Source: Wickerhamiella versatilis
Taxonomy: Eukaryota
Assembly: GCA_030867685.1 (NCBI GenBank)
Contig: JAQOWU010000007.1
Span: forward strand, 372,001-436,000
Reading direction: 5' to 3'
Length of the DNA stretch: 64,000 nt
The position numbers were made by a program, and so were the translations under genes. Positions within the stretch are counted from its first letter, which is position 1. The number at the start of each line of letters is the position of its first letter. The notes under the pieces are model-generated. The model worked only from the letters and a program-made list of their open reading frames with translations, did no database searches and was not told where the DNA came from. This document shows, one piece after another, positions 63,459 to 64,000 of the stretch.

Positions 63459-64000
63459 CAATAAAGAAGTAAATAGTTACACGACGTGGTTAAAGTTGTC
63501 CTCCTATCCATTTACAGCATGATAGTGGGTCTGCTCGGCGAATTTAAAGTAGTAGGTACGTATAACACAGCTGTGATTGATCCATCTAACAAGTGTGTTT
63601 TTATGAAGTCAACGGGCAGATCACAAGTCTTGCTTGTTTTTCAGGTATTTTCATGGAAGATGCTTCATGTTGATAATTAGTTGTCATGCGACGACAGTAA
63701 TTTGCGAGACAAACGTTAAGCCGTCGGTTACTAAAGACCTTCGTTGCAAAGTCTTTTCGTTGTAATAGCAATTTTCCAGTAAGCTTTGTAGATAATAAGA
63801 GATGCTGCACCAAAGTATGGAACAGAGTTGCATTTCACGCAGAGTTCCTGCCTCAGCGATTGAACGACTCAGTCCAAAAATTTTCCACGTCCTCGAGGGC
63901 CTTATTTGAGACAGAAATGATCTTTCAAGCTGTCAAGAAGTACTGTAGTCCATTACATGTCATTGGTTTCGCTGACGCCATTTGCTGCTTTCTGTTTAAA

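Noticed and set aside
63486-64000. Short ORFs at the window end
   Set aside because: No identifiable domain; may be a degraded gene continuing outside the window
1-64000. tRNA, rRNA or intact transposon genes
   Set aside because: None recognised by eye; tRNAscan-SE/Infernal were not run

Overview
Gene-dense, apparently intronless budding-yeast (Saccharomycotina) DNA. The bacterial AdhP-type ADH1 and about ten other bacterial-type genes among fungal ones suggest the Wickerhamiella/Starmerella (W/S) clade; this is an inference. The window reads as a nutrient-scavenging accessory region. Main elements: (1) a Zn2Cys6 TF, OPT transporter and fructosyl-amine-oxidase trio, where the last two share an identical 15-bp upstream motif; (2) a co-oriented methylcitrate cluster (ICL2, PDH1, CIT3) extended by an Ady2 carboxylate transporter; (3) bacterial-type genes: LhpB/DadA-like dehydrogenase, HemL-like aminotransferase, unknown TIM-barrel protein, YbjJ-like MFS, nitrilase, a divergent TetR/amidase pair, ADH1, YcaK-like oxidoreductase and HpxO urate hydroxylase; (4) relics not evident as whole genes in the ORF track: a bacterial lysA pseudogene, an M28 leucine aminopeptidase pseudogene, a truncated GPD and a Zn-cluster stub; (5) a ~25-bp non-coding element repeated in 4-5 intergenic regions. 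All family calls come from motif recognition and recalled sequences, not database searches.
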